A stretch of DNA of 64,000 bases, from NCBI GenBank assembly GCA_043228905.1, contig JBHGNT010000001.1, forward strand, positions 33,976,001 to 34,040,000, given 5' to 3'. This DNA comes from Azolla caroliniana (taxonomy: Eukaryota > Plantae > Polypodiophyta). Position 1 is the first letter of the stretch. Each line of letters opens with the position of its first letter. This document shows positions 25,900 through 39,013 of the stretch, in pieces. Made by a program: the position numbers and the translations under genes. The notes beneath the pieces are model-generated. The model saw nothing but the letters and a program-made list of their open reading frames with translations, was not told where the DNA came from and did not search any database.

Positions 25900-27808
25900 T
25901 TGGAGAAGACAGAAAGAAAGAAATAAAGAATGAGAACGTAAAGGAGGTGGGAGGGAAAGAGTTCCTGCAAAACATTCATGGACGGATTATGTATGTGTGA
26001 TTTTGAGCAGAATGAAAGACAACAAAAAGAAAAATCGCCCAACAGAATATTGCATAAACACAATAACCTCAATTACCTAAGGTAATCAAACACTACCAAA
26101 TTGGTGCATGGCATCCTCCTCAATCTTTGTTCTGTACACTGCCTTCTACCAATTGTTCTATACCATGGCATAAAGTATTATCTCCAAGAAAAGGAAGATT
26201 TTTCCATCCATGGAGTTGCCTTCCTACTAAAGTTCGAAACCCATCCACTACCAAATTGTGTGCATTCGAAGACGGCCGAAAATAGTTGAATGATGAATAC
26301 ACTCGTCACACTTGCATAATGTGTGTGATCCAATCGATTCCGTGTGGATGATCTATATCGTGGAATTTGAAAGGTATAGTGCGGATTTTCATACCTTAAT
26401 TGTTTGGTTATCCACGGGCTTTTTGTGAAGGTGCATAAGGTGGCCCAATGTACCACATCTAGAGGAATGAACCATAAACAATCCCAAATATAGTTAGAAT
26501 TTAGCACCATAATTGCCTCATTTTCCTCTATTTTTGAATTCAACCATTTGGGTGTCTGGAGGCCATTAGTATTCCAAATCCAGAGCATTCATAATTAATA
26601 GTGACGGTGCATTTTAGCTTTTGCATCCACTATCCCTTCCCCAACTATGTATTTCATGTTGTCTAATAGACCAAACAAATGAAAGCTTTGGATTCCACCT
26701 CAGCCCAAATTGGGCATTATTGCTTCCAGGTGTCTTGAAACTTAGGTAATTGCTCAACATGGGACTATACACACCAAGGTGTTATTGAAAAAGATAGCAA
26801 AGCGGAACCCAATGTGATTTTGTTATGGTTGTCACACATGCCATTTAGCCCCCTTGGTGGATGTGGGCAATAATTAATGTATTGTAGATCATATCAATTG
26901 ATGTACATGTCTCCCTAACATATGGATTGAGGTTGAGAAAGTGAAAGAAATCTAGGTTCTCTTCCCTCTCTATCGTTTTTTTATTCATAAATGTATTTGT
27001 ATCAATATATCAAAATTAACACAACACATGATTGACACACTCACAACTCGAGAGCAATTTTGGTTCTCCTATGGTGGCAATAGGCTAGAGGTTTCCAATA
27101 TAAAAAATGCCACAACGAATTATCTGTCAATCTCCTCTTATGTTTTTGCATTCCCACTTGAGCACAGACAACGAATGTTTTGCATATTCAAAGCATACAC
27201 ATATGATACACCCTAATTAGTCAAGCATCGCAACACAACTTCAATGCACTCTCTGAAGGGGACCATTTTGTGGAAACACCCATTGGAAAGTGGTTTTTAA
27301 CCTCCATGTTATAGATGCCCACGCTGCAAATATACCTCCAGAATTGATCTAGTCACCGGGCAAGTGATAAATATCGGTGCACCATGTCCCAACAACCACT
27401 AACAATATTTCTCTTCCTCGATGCACTCACTGTTCATGGCTACTCCCCTCCATGCTTGCCTTCTACCAAAACTCTCCAGATAAAGACCCAAGCACGAAAA
27501 CGAAAGACGAGATCTCGTGCATCCTTACGCTATTAATGCACCTGGAAGGCATGCTAAAACCCCATCCCCTGATATCCATTCTTGTCAAAAGAGTCTGTTT
27601 GCCGGAAATCTCCGGTCAATCGACTTCCACATTCAGGTGCTAATTGCGATGCTCCCTCGGACTTTTGGTTCACACTCATTCTATATACCTCACTCTCCCC
27701 TTCTTTCCTCTCTATCTCTCTCTGTCTCTTCCTTGCCTCTCTATCTCACTCTTTTTTCTTCTTCTTCTTCTTCTTCTAACTTCTAAGGTTTCCTCTTATC
27801 TATGAAGG

Positions 27809-27842
<34 letters not shown>

Positions 27843-27996
27843 CCTTGGGCGATCAATAAAAGTTCCTGCTTTTCCTCTGTCCCCTGTTTGTTAAAACCCT
27901 TCTTCTTCTTCGGCATCACCACATAGACCGACCACCACCATTAACGTCATCAATCGACCGGCAGTATAATCATACACATAATCCGATACAAAAGCC

Positions 27997-30900
27997 ATGG
28001 CCACCAACCGCATGGTCTCCATAGGCCAAGATCTTCTGCTGTATGTGGCCAGTGCCGCACTGAGCTGTGTGGTCCTCTTTGTCGGCCTTCGACACCTCGA
28101 CCCAAACCGCGGTCATGAGAAGAAAGCCGCCCAGCGGAAGAAGGAGATTGCCAAACGCCTCGGCCGGCCCCTCATCCAAACCAACGTCTACGAGGTTAGT
28201 TCAGGTTTTCATCTTTTATTTCTTTAATATTTTAATTATCTCTTTAACTTCAATATATCTATATGCAAACATATATTATTCCATTTTTGTTATATTTTCA
28301 GGTATTTCATATTGTTATGTATTCATGTATTTTTTGCTACTTTGTCTCAAATTTTTTTATTTCTATACATATACATATACATATAATAATCCTTTCGGTT
28401 TCGATATCAGTTGCGCATAACAAATGTATGTGAGCTTAGGCTTTGAATATATGCATTTCTTCATGTTCTTATAAATTTTGTTTATTTTCTTATAAATTTC
28501 CTTCTAGATTTTTATAACCAATTTATATGCCTTCTCTCTATTTTTATTTTTGTATCTTACTTTTCAGTTTTGTTTGATGTAGAAATAGTGACAAGCCACT
28601 TCTTCCAGTTTGATTAACTCCACTTGATTTTGGATGATTAAGGCCACTTGATGTAGCCTTATATTTGTAGTCAATCTTGCTGTTTATCTTATAAAAATCT
28701 TCTCTTATGTTTTTGCCTATCAGTGAGTATTCATGATGATATGGTGGTATATTATTCATAGGACATGATCGCATGTGATGTCATCAACCCCGACGACATA
28801 GATGTGACTTTCGAGACAATTGGGGGGTTGAATGCAGTGAAGGAGGCTCTTCATGAGCTCGTCATCCTTCCGCTCCGGCGGCCGGATTTATTCACCCATG
28901 GAAAACTTCTGGGTCCTCAGAAAGGTGTTCTACTCTTTGGCCCTCCTGGCACTGGCAAGACTCTTCTTGCCAAAGCTATCGCGAAAGAGTCTGGCGCCGT
29001 GTTTATCAATGTGAAGATTGCTACACTGATGAGCAAGTGGTTTGGTGATGCACAAAAACTTGGTATGTGTAATGGGAGCTTATGTTTCATGATTAGTTCT
29101 AACCTGGGACCGTAGGGAGAACATTGGGAACTGTTTTATAGCTCAATATATTTCTCTAAAGAATTTTGGAAAGAGTCTCCCCTTTTGCAATGTTGGTCCC
29201 ATTTTCTTATTTTATGTTTTTCAAGTTTATAACCTATATATTCACCAACCATTTATATCTAGCAAGGCCAAGAGTTTCTTGATTTTTTTTACCTGGAATG
29301 TGGGTATGAACATAGCATTAAATGAGGAAAATCAATCGATGTAGACTGCCAGTATATTTAACGTATCTACCAGGATACTCTTCTGTTTAAAAAACTGTCC
29401 AAATTCCTTCCATCTTGTAAAAATTTCTGAACACCCCTCAAATCCTTTAAAATGAGCAAACCACCCCTCCATCTTTTATGAGCTGGGGCTTTTATTGATG
29501 TTTTTTCCTTTAAAATAAATCTACCTGGAACAATGGTCTCCTATTTTGTTGTGGGTCTGCAGATTGCTGGAGTAAGATATATACTTATTCTTTTTTTTGC
29601 AGTGACAGCTGTGTTCACGTTGGCCTACAAGCTTCAGCCATCTATCATATTTGTCGATGAAGTTGATAGCTTTTTAGGACAACGGAGAGCAACTGAGCAT
29701 GAAGCAGTTACAAATATGAAGACGGAGTTCATGGCATTGTGGGATGGGTTCACAACTGACCGTAAGTATCAAAATTACATGGTTCAAAAGTTACATGTAT
29801 TTATTAAGTTTACCTATCTTATTTCCAAAAAAATATGTGCTTTTATCTTACATGTATTTATTATTCAAAAATAGCAATGTTATCAGTTTGCTCCTAAAAG
29901 AAAAGCCTCACACATTGTCAACTGTTATTTTTTCCTCTCCACAAAACGAAACGTATGATAATCACAACTTCAAATCCATTATGCAAGGCTTGAGCCCACA
30001 GCCTTTTTGCTTCAAACCACAAGCATTACCACTATATACGGTGAAGTTTCTCTATTTGAACCTTTGAATTTTAGAAGACTTTAGGAGTATTCTCGTAAAT
30101 ACCGAGTAAAGATAGGATCAAAGGTATTTAGGATAATGCTTTCTTTAGCACATAAGTCTTGCTGGTATATTGCTCGTGGATATATGTGAATATATTTTTA
30201 CATCCTTTTTTTGCAGAAAATGCTCGTGTTATGGTATTGGCTGCAACAAACAGGCCATGGGAGCTAGATGAGGCAATCTTGAGGAGATTACCGAGAGCAT
30301 TTGAAGTTGGCATGCCAGATGAGAAGCAGAGAGCTAGCATCTTGCGTGTTATTCTTAAAGATGAGGAAGTGGAGGCTTCCCTTGATTTTGATCATCTAGC
30401 AAGGTTGTGTGAAGGTTACAGTGGTTCTGATTTAACCGAGCTTTGCAAACAGGCAGCATTTCTCCCCATCAGGGATTTGTTGGCTCAGGAGAAGAGTGGC
30501 AATTGTACATCTCAGGTTTCCTTTCTATTCTTGAATACAAAAAATTTCGCATTAGCTAGTTTTCTTCCTTCTTTTGCTGTTTCTTTCTGTGTTCTGAGCT
30601 CGTCTCCATTAAACTTCCGCCCTTCTTTTTTTCATTTTTCTGCAAAATCAGAGCTCCAAGGTTTGCAGCCAACCTCCCCTCTTTCAGTGTAGGCTCATTC
30701 TTTTTTATCTGAAATCATGTTGGGATATGGGCCACCTTTCAAGACTAAGCACATTTGGAACTCCGTTATAGATTGCGATTAATGATGCAAATTTTTGAGA
30801 AAATACACTTTCTGAGCCCCGTAACTCATGTAACATTCCACCAGGGACTGATATATCAATATGAAGCAGTCATCGAGCCCAACAACCCTCTAGTAAGCGA

Positions 30901-31378
30901 CCCAACTTTCACTAATCCCACAGCTATCCCCAAAAACAACCTGTTCATGTTCGAATTCTCTTCAAGAGACTATAAAGCATGCATTTTTTTGTTGATATGC
31001 CATAAATTTGGGTGCAATCTTTCAAAATATTCACAATATTTAGCTGTTCTTTTGTTGAATATCTTTGAGAGCTCTTTATTTTATTGAAAATTGTTCAACT
31101 CCTTGCATAGTTTCGGTTTGTACATCGTTCAATGTCTCTCATGTCAGTCTTATACTTTGTGACTCTAGATCCCGAGGGCATTGAAACAGTCAGACTTTGA
31201 GATGGTGTTAGCTACTTCCCAGACATCAAAAGTTGCAGCAATGGAATACAATGATCGGAGGTCACAAAATGATCGGGCGAGAACCGGAGATCAGATGGAT
31301 ATAAATATGGCCGATTTTTTCAAGCTGATTGCTCTCTCTGTAGCCAATAGCAATAGGAGGAATGGATCGGAAACATAG
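27997..31378 (+). CDS. MSP1/ATAD1-family membrane-anchored AAA+ ATPase; exons 27997-28194, 28762-29062, 29603-29761, 30217-30515, 31169-31378
   Basis: N-terminal TM ([19 protein letters not shown]), Walker A GPPGTGKT, pore loop SKWFG, Walker [27 protein letters not shown]. All introns GT-AG and in phase. Confidence 0.95.
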
Positions 31379-32619
31379 AGAGAGATTTTTGTATGTGAAA
31401 ATATTAATTTTATTGCATAATGTTTCTTCTTTGGTGAGATGGATGGATGTGAGGCTATATCTGTCTCCCAACTAACTCTAGAAATGCATCACGATGCTTT
31501 AAAAAAGCAAGAACTTTGCTGTTTACTTCATTAGCAGTGGGGAGGAAGGTTTGGTCTGCCGAACAATTATATATTACATTTGTTTTCCCATAATTTTATC
31601 ATGGTGTTAATTGAGGTATCTAACATTTAAGGTTTATTTGTCAAGTAATCTCTCTTCAGACAACTATCTCACGATGTTATTTGAAAAGTTCTCATTATTA
31701 TTGTTCGATGGTCAACAAGATTTTAGAGAGATGAAGTGTTTGTATGAATTTTTTGATCTATTTGATCTTTGCTGAATGTTTTTTTCTCTTACCATTTCCA
31801 TATTAAATTTTTTAGATTGAATTGTTCTTGTTTTTTCTTAATAATATGCAGTGTGACAAATAATAACGTTTTTATCAATGAGATATCAGTTGTTCATAAG
31901 TGAATAATTCATTTTAAGATCTGGTAGGGTTTAGGCTTTAGGCTTTTATAGAGAGTAATGACTCTAGCTATAATAAGGTTTGGTGAATGTCGTTGCATTT
32001 GATAATAAGACTTCACTTTAGCTATCCAAGTAACATTGTTGATTTCGTACTTTGAATTTTGGTGATTCAGTGGTTGATTCCACTGCTGTAGCCTGTAACC
32101 GTATAATCTCAACACTCACTGAAAGCAACTGATTTGTATCGAAAGTTTTGATGACACGTAATTACTGTGCATCTGGTTTATAGATTTGCCATCTTGAATA
32201 TAATTTGCTTTTTTGCACACATTGACATTTGGCTATTTTAATTAACAAAATTATTGGGGGTTTGACTTTCAATCGGAGTTAGTTGTGGTAAAGAATGGCA
32301 CAAAGATTAAGATTACTGGTCTTGAGAAAAAACTTTATTTGAATTTGACTATTTTCCTTTGCCTTTCTATCAGAGCAAGTTGAGTTAAAGAAAAGCATGA
32401 AAATTACTGGTCTTAAGAGAAACTTTATTTGAATTTGTTGTAAGTGGAACACATTTCCATTTTATGCTGAACATGACACGTGCCCAAATATTGTATATAC
32501 TTGTAAAAAAACTTAGCCAGGAGGTTGATGAATTCGTTTATTAAGGCCATTCATTTTCATATATGGGAGGTTAATGTGTGCTTTTCATGGCATGTATATC
32601 CAGTGCTTTGTAATATTGT

Positions 32620-35600
32620 CTAGATGCCATAAGGGTTGCTGAATTTTTTCATTAGATTGGGGAGGTCATTATTGAGCATCTCGTCTATGGCTAGGATTGC
32701 CTCGGGTTTGAGATTCTCAAACTTGTCTATGTTACACCTTGAGAGGACATCTTTGTAATGATCGACATCAGGCAAATCTCCAACCGTAAAACGGTACTGT
32801 ATTTGAACCTGGCATAAAAAGAAAGCAAGTAAGACACATCATAGGTCAAACCCTTTGCCTTGTACATACATTTGGTCACTCTCATGACTCCATATTAGAG
32901 AAAAAAACTTTCTCATAGTTGCAAATTAAAACTTATTTTCATCATAATGCTGGTGTGGTCAGGTAAACACCTTTTTGAACTCTTCCTCCAGGTTTTCTAT
33001 CAGCCGTTGTTGTGCCCTTTTCTTACCAAAGATAGCTGGCATCTCCTTCTTGAAGTGGTCAAGCAAGTACACATGAATCTTTGCCGCACGTACTCGTTTT
33101 ACAAACTCGTGTATCTTGAATATCAGAAATGGACATAAATTTTCATACATATAGGAATAGTTATGCATTCCATATATTCTACATGTAGAAATGCATGTAT
33201 ATACATGCATACACATGTAGAAGCATATGAAAATAGCCCTCATAGATCAGGAAATATCGACAATGCCCAATACATTATAACATCACAATATGCTTTGTTC
33301 AAAACGAACATGTAATAAATAAAAATTTCCCTTATATTATTATTAAGGATGCTTATGTTCTAATTATTATGATGCTAAATATTCTTCTTTATTAATCATG
33401 TGATATTATTAATTGGCAGGTTTAATTTTTATTAATATTTACTGAAGCAAGCTATGCAATTACAATGCTTGATATTCTTATTGATTGAATTATGAGATCA
33501 CATTAATTGGCCTGCTTTATATTTTTTATTGATATTTTGATCGAAGCATACAATCTAATTACAATGCACTGGAATATTCTCATTAGGATGCTTGTTATTC
33601 TCACTAACATAGCAGTGCTTTGCATTTAGATTGATCTTTTGATCCAAACATTACAATCCAATTATAATTCTTCACATCCTAATCAGGATAAGTCTTGATC
33701 ATTTTGAATCATACACTTATATTGTTTCTTCAACTTTCAATTGAGGATATGCTTTTACTAGGTGATAAACTAACTTCATATGCTTCGTTTTGACCAGAGG
33801 CTGATATTATTGAAAATATGAGGGGCATTTTTTTTATATCATGCGCATACATGAGAGGTATTTTTTATATTTTCCCTACATATGAAGGACACTGGAACAG
33901 TTACCATCTGATCGCATGACTTCCTTGGAATGTCCTTCAAGTCTGCAAGCAGGCTTGCTTGTTCTGGCTCGAGGAGCTCCTTTCCAATCGAGCTTCGTAT
34001 ATCTTCATTTATTGCATTGTCACTAAAGGATCTGATAAACGAACAATAATTGAATTCACGAACTTATTTATTTTTCATTACAGGATCTAATAGATGAGCA
34101 GAATGCAAAACAGTGCATCATTGCAATAAAACTTTTTTATGTTTTACCTTATGGAAGAAAAAAGAAACAAAATTATAGGATCTAACATGTGAAGCGGTGC
34201 ATTTATTGAAAAAATGGATAGCCAGACCACTTTTAAGTTTGAAATTATAGAAGAAGAGATTGCATAAAATTTAAATAAAGAAATATACTTCTAGTGATAT
34301 CCTACCCCACATAAACACGGAAAACCTCTGGTGTTTTCAAAACTTTGCCAAGATACCACATTAGAGCTCCATAAACCCTCATCAACTGTTGAGAATAACA
34401 AAACTTAATCAGCAAAAACAGATTTTTGCAGCCTGGGTCAGGAAATCAACTTTCAGCACTGAACTCACAGTTCAGAGAAATAGAAACTGTTTTTCTTGTT
34501 ACCTGAAGTGTGTTTACTTCATCCACTCTGTTAAGAACAATCCTTATCTTGTCTTCATGACCACGGAGTGATAAGATAACACGCTTAAGTTCATCACTAA
34601 TGTCAAGCTTGTGAGGATCGAAAAATAGCAGAATTAAGTTGCATTTAGCTGCAAACCATTCTGTGACTCCGGTGAAATCGTAATTGCGGTTAATCCGTTG
34701 CTTCTCCCCCGATAGAATGCCTGGGGTATCAATAAATGATATCTGCTCTAACAACTGCAAATAAAAATAATTTCATCATGAAAAAAAAGCCTTTTTGTAA
34801 ATCCTCATAGTTTAAGGCATCTAGTCTGCAATCAAATAACAACATATTTGCTATAAAAGTAAGCATATTTTTACAGGGGTGATTTGAGTGTTCCTAGAAT
34901 TTTAAACTCTGTTCCATTTGGTGTTTAAGGCAAAAGCCCAAAGCAAAAAGGTTATGGGTAGGCCTTTTCCCCCTCCCTAAAAAACCAACACATGATCAAA
35001 CATATTTGACCACACACATGATCATATCAGAACACCCCGTAGATCTTTTTCTTCATTTTTCTCCCCCAAATGAAAATGGTGATGAAATGAATATTTCCAA
35101 GAGGTATATAATATTGCAATCATCAAAACCATCTAACATGATCACATGCATTCGTCAAAGCTTGATGAGATAGTCCTAAAATTTCAAACACGTACAATAT
35201 ATGCGTTCACCTGAATAAATTACAGATTTTTCGTTTTTAAGCAAACACTTGGTCATGGCTATTGAGGTAATAATAATAATAAGGCACATAATAATAATTA
35301 AAAGGCACATACAGGATGATGCATTTGAGAGCATTGAAACTTGGATAGAAAAGCCGATCCAAACTTTGTGAGCCCAGTGAATGGCATATTTGCCTGTATC
35401 ACCATAGTATTTCCTGGTATCGTGCGACTATCAGAGCCATTCTGTGGGCATGAAATAAGTAAATGTTAGTTGCATCAATTGCCCTGTATGACAAATATAG
35501 TGATCATTCCATGAACAGCATTTTCTACACTGGCATAAGAATAGTTGCACCATTATAGAACTTAATCAATAGACATAGCACACATCGAGCAAGAACGCTC

Positions 35601-38356
35601 TATACCATGACGATAGTAAAACAGTCTGTGGTTGGTTCTGGTCCAATATGAGCTCCTGAATGACAAAAATAGGTGACATAAGCATTAGCTCTGTGAAAGA
35701 TAATTGATTCTGATATCTTTCATATGAGAAGAAATTACAAACCTGGATATTCTGTTTTCAAAAAATGCTTGATGAAGGTAGTTTTGCCAGTAGAGTATTG
35801 GCCAAGAAGCATGACCATAGGCTTTGCATTAAGATCATTCCCAGTCTGCAGATAAAAATACATAGGTCTTCAGGCTACATAATTTTCTTGTCACAACCCT
35901 AACTCCAAACTGTAAAAGTTAAATGGTAAATCCTAAATACTAAACTATAGACCCATTGAATCTGTTACAGAAATACTCACAGTGCAAAGCAAAGGTACAT
36001 AAGGTTCGTTAAGCTAGAAAACACAGGAGTATTGTATTGTGTGAGTGTGTGTATGTATACCAGAGGAGGAAAGCCAAATTCACTGAATTGGTAAGCAACT
36101 TCAAGTGGCCTTAATTTCTCTGTGTACAACTTCTGAAGTCCATCAATAATCGAAGTAAAATGAGATGATTCAACCTGGACTGAATGCTCCTGAAATAAAT
36201 GGATGATTGGTAAACACACATTTCCAATATGTTTCATGCAAAAAGTATAAAAATACCATAAGTAAAATATTAAAGAATATAATTGAGCTCAAGTCCCACC
36301 TTCTTCCCCAGCTTCTTTGAAAACCGTCGAAATAACTGTGCCGGAGGCTCTTCTTGAGGAGGAAGAGCTAAAGTTTTCAAAAGAAAAATTTATAGATGTG
36401 AGTTTTTGTTCAAATTTGTTGAGAAAATGAATAAACCCATCATTGATGCTTAAACACTTACTGTCCATGTTCACATCAACCTCTTCAAGTTTCTTCTCGA
36501 CCTGAAAGAAAAAACTAGAGATTAAGAAACAATGTATCCTTGAGTACAGTATCTCATCATTTTGATAACTCTTTTCTAAGGTGTATATATATGTGAATCA
36601 TACAGATAGCATCTCATCCAATCCTTCCATTATTGGGGGGCTGATATTCTTAATATCTGCCAATCAAAAATAACAAAGGAGACATAAGACACATGTATGA
36701 GAAACTGTGAAACATGTTGGCATTCTTCTAGAATTATTCATGGTACCTAAATTCACAAGCATATCAGCTGACGGAGTATTCCCTGTCTGTACAAGTGATA
36801 TAACCTGGAAATAGTCACAATTCCTTGAATCAAGCGGCACATCTTAAAGCAAAACATTACATAACTTAATATTTGTGTACACACGCATGCGAAAGACTTC
36901 GAAATAACCGTAAAATAAAACACTGGAGATATGGTTCAAATTTACAGCTTTACAAATTGCAGGAAATCAAGCTGCATTATTGAACTCAAAGAAATTCTTC
37001 AGACAAGAGGTGTTTTCCCTTTAAATTTACCCAAAAAAAAACATCAAAAGGTAGTTCCCTTGAATTTGAGTAAAAAGATCAAATTTGAGATCCCTCTGGA
37101 ATTCAGGGCAGTAACTTCAAAGTATATGACTCAACAAACCCATACGTCATGGAAATGTGATCATGTTTTATTTTGCAAATCAAGGTGTAAACCTGCATTG
37201 CCGTGACAAATTCATGGTAACCAAGATGGCCCTGGCGTTTTGAATCTGCAAGACCCCAGACCTGAACAAATGTAATATATTGAGAAACGCTATACAACTT
37301 GGTAGCTTCACAGAAAATGGCGATACTTGATAATGCATATAACATTGAAACAAAAATTACATAAACAAGTCCATACTTTAAGTTTTGCATGATGGTGATC
37401 TGGAAAAATGTACGTGCTCCAGACTAAATTTGTAATGCTGAACTATAATAGTGAATCACAACAGACCCTACACCTGAAGAAACCCCCATAGCATGAACAA
37501 AGATAATGGATCTATATGAACTGTGGCTGACATGACACACTATTCACCTAAGTCATGGTGCAATGAACAATATATAGATAAAATAAGATTCTTGCCTTTG
37601 TTAAGACCAAGGGGTTTTCTTTGTTTGTATATTTCCTGTCATTTGATTCTTACTAATATGTGATCTATCTAAATTCATAGACAGAAATATAATACAAACA
37701 TAAATATAAATATAGGACATAGATGGATAGATATATATAGGACATCAATGAAAATGTGAGAACAATCTCTACACAAAATCAATTATTCTTGCCTGTTTAA
37801 GCTCGTCTCTTGACAATTTTGAAAATGTGAAGAAACGGACTGCCTCTGCACCATTGATTCTACCATCTTCATCTATATTTCAAGGACAAAAAATTCAATG
37901 CCAAAAAATAAACAGATTATTATTTTGCTTTAGAACGGAAAAAGAAATAAAATGCTTCCAGTCCCCAAACTTTAACATTGATTTGATAGAAATTCAGAAG
38001 TAATACTTTTCCTTCACTAGATATAATGTTAATTTTTGGACAACGGAAAAGGCTTCTCTTTATGTATATATGTATGTTAAAGCTCTTCAAACCAAATGTA
38101 AAACCATCAACGGGCTTTTTCATGAAACGAAAATTCCCATTAAAACAGAAAAAATCATGAGTGCCAACGCAGAGAAAATAGTTTCCTTGAAAGCACTTGA
38201 AGTAGGGATTCTCACAAGTGGAAGAGAAGAAAAAAAAAACAAAATTAATAAAAAAGAGAAGGAGAGTTTACCCATATCCGCATAATGGAACCATTTCTTA
38301 TACAAAAACTCGTCTCGCTTGGCAAAGCTTGAGTCGTGAATTGAGAGAGAGTCCAT
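32620..38356 (-). CDS. EHD: EH-domain-containing protein (plant EHD1/2 family; N-terminal EH domain, dynamin-like G domain), multi-exon
   Basis: KKWFHYADMDEDGRING, VWGLADSKRQG, LLGQYSTGKTT, HIGPEPTTD, FIDTPGILSGEKQR, LMRVYGALMW, IHEFVKRVRAAKIH, C-terminal SNPYGI*. Confidence 0.93.
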
Positions 38357-38597
38357 GGAAGCTTCAGACGTTTACTCGGATTGAGAGGGGTGATGAAACA
38401 GGCGGACAGAAACAGAGGAATGTGGTTCGTTGATGATCGAAAGGGTGGTGCAGGGATGTGCGAGTTATAGACAGAAAGAATCGCCCACATCTCTCTGTCA
38501 CTGCTTTGCTTAGAGCGCAATTACTTGAGTAGTGGATTGAGGCTTAATCCTCTGTGCCTTTCTTCTAACAGTGTGCTCAAAGCATACACTTCCAATG

Positions 38598-38599
38598 TC

Positions 38600-38630
<31 letters not shown>

Positions 38631-38946
38631 ATGTATGTATGTATGTATGTATGTATGTGTGTGTGTGTGTGTGTGTGTATTGTATGTATGTATATGTATG
38701 TGTGTATGTATGTATGTATGTATGTATGTATGTATATACATGCATGCATGTATGTATGTATGTATGTATGTATGTATGTATGCATGCATGTATGTATGTA
38801 TATGTATGTGTGTGTGTGTATGTATGTATGTATGTCTGTATGTATGTATGTATGTATGTATGTATGTATGTGTATGCATGTATGTATGTATGTATGTATG
38901 TATGTATGTATGTATGTATGTATGTATATATGTATGTATGTATGTA

Positions 38947-39012
<66 letters not shown>
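38598..39012. repeat. Compound (TG)n/(TATG)n microsatellite upstream of EHD
   Basis: Direct reading, about 410 bp. Confidence 0.97.
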
Positions 39013-39013
<1 letters not shown>

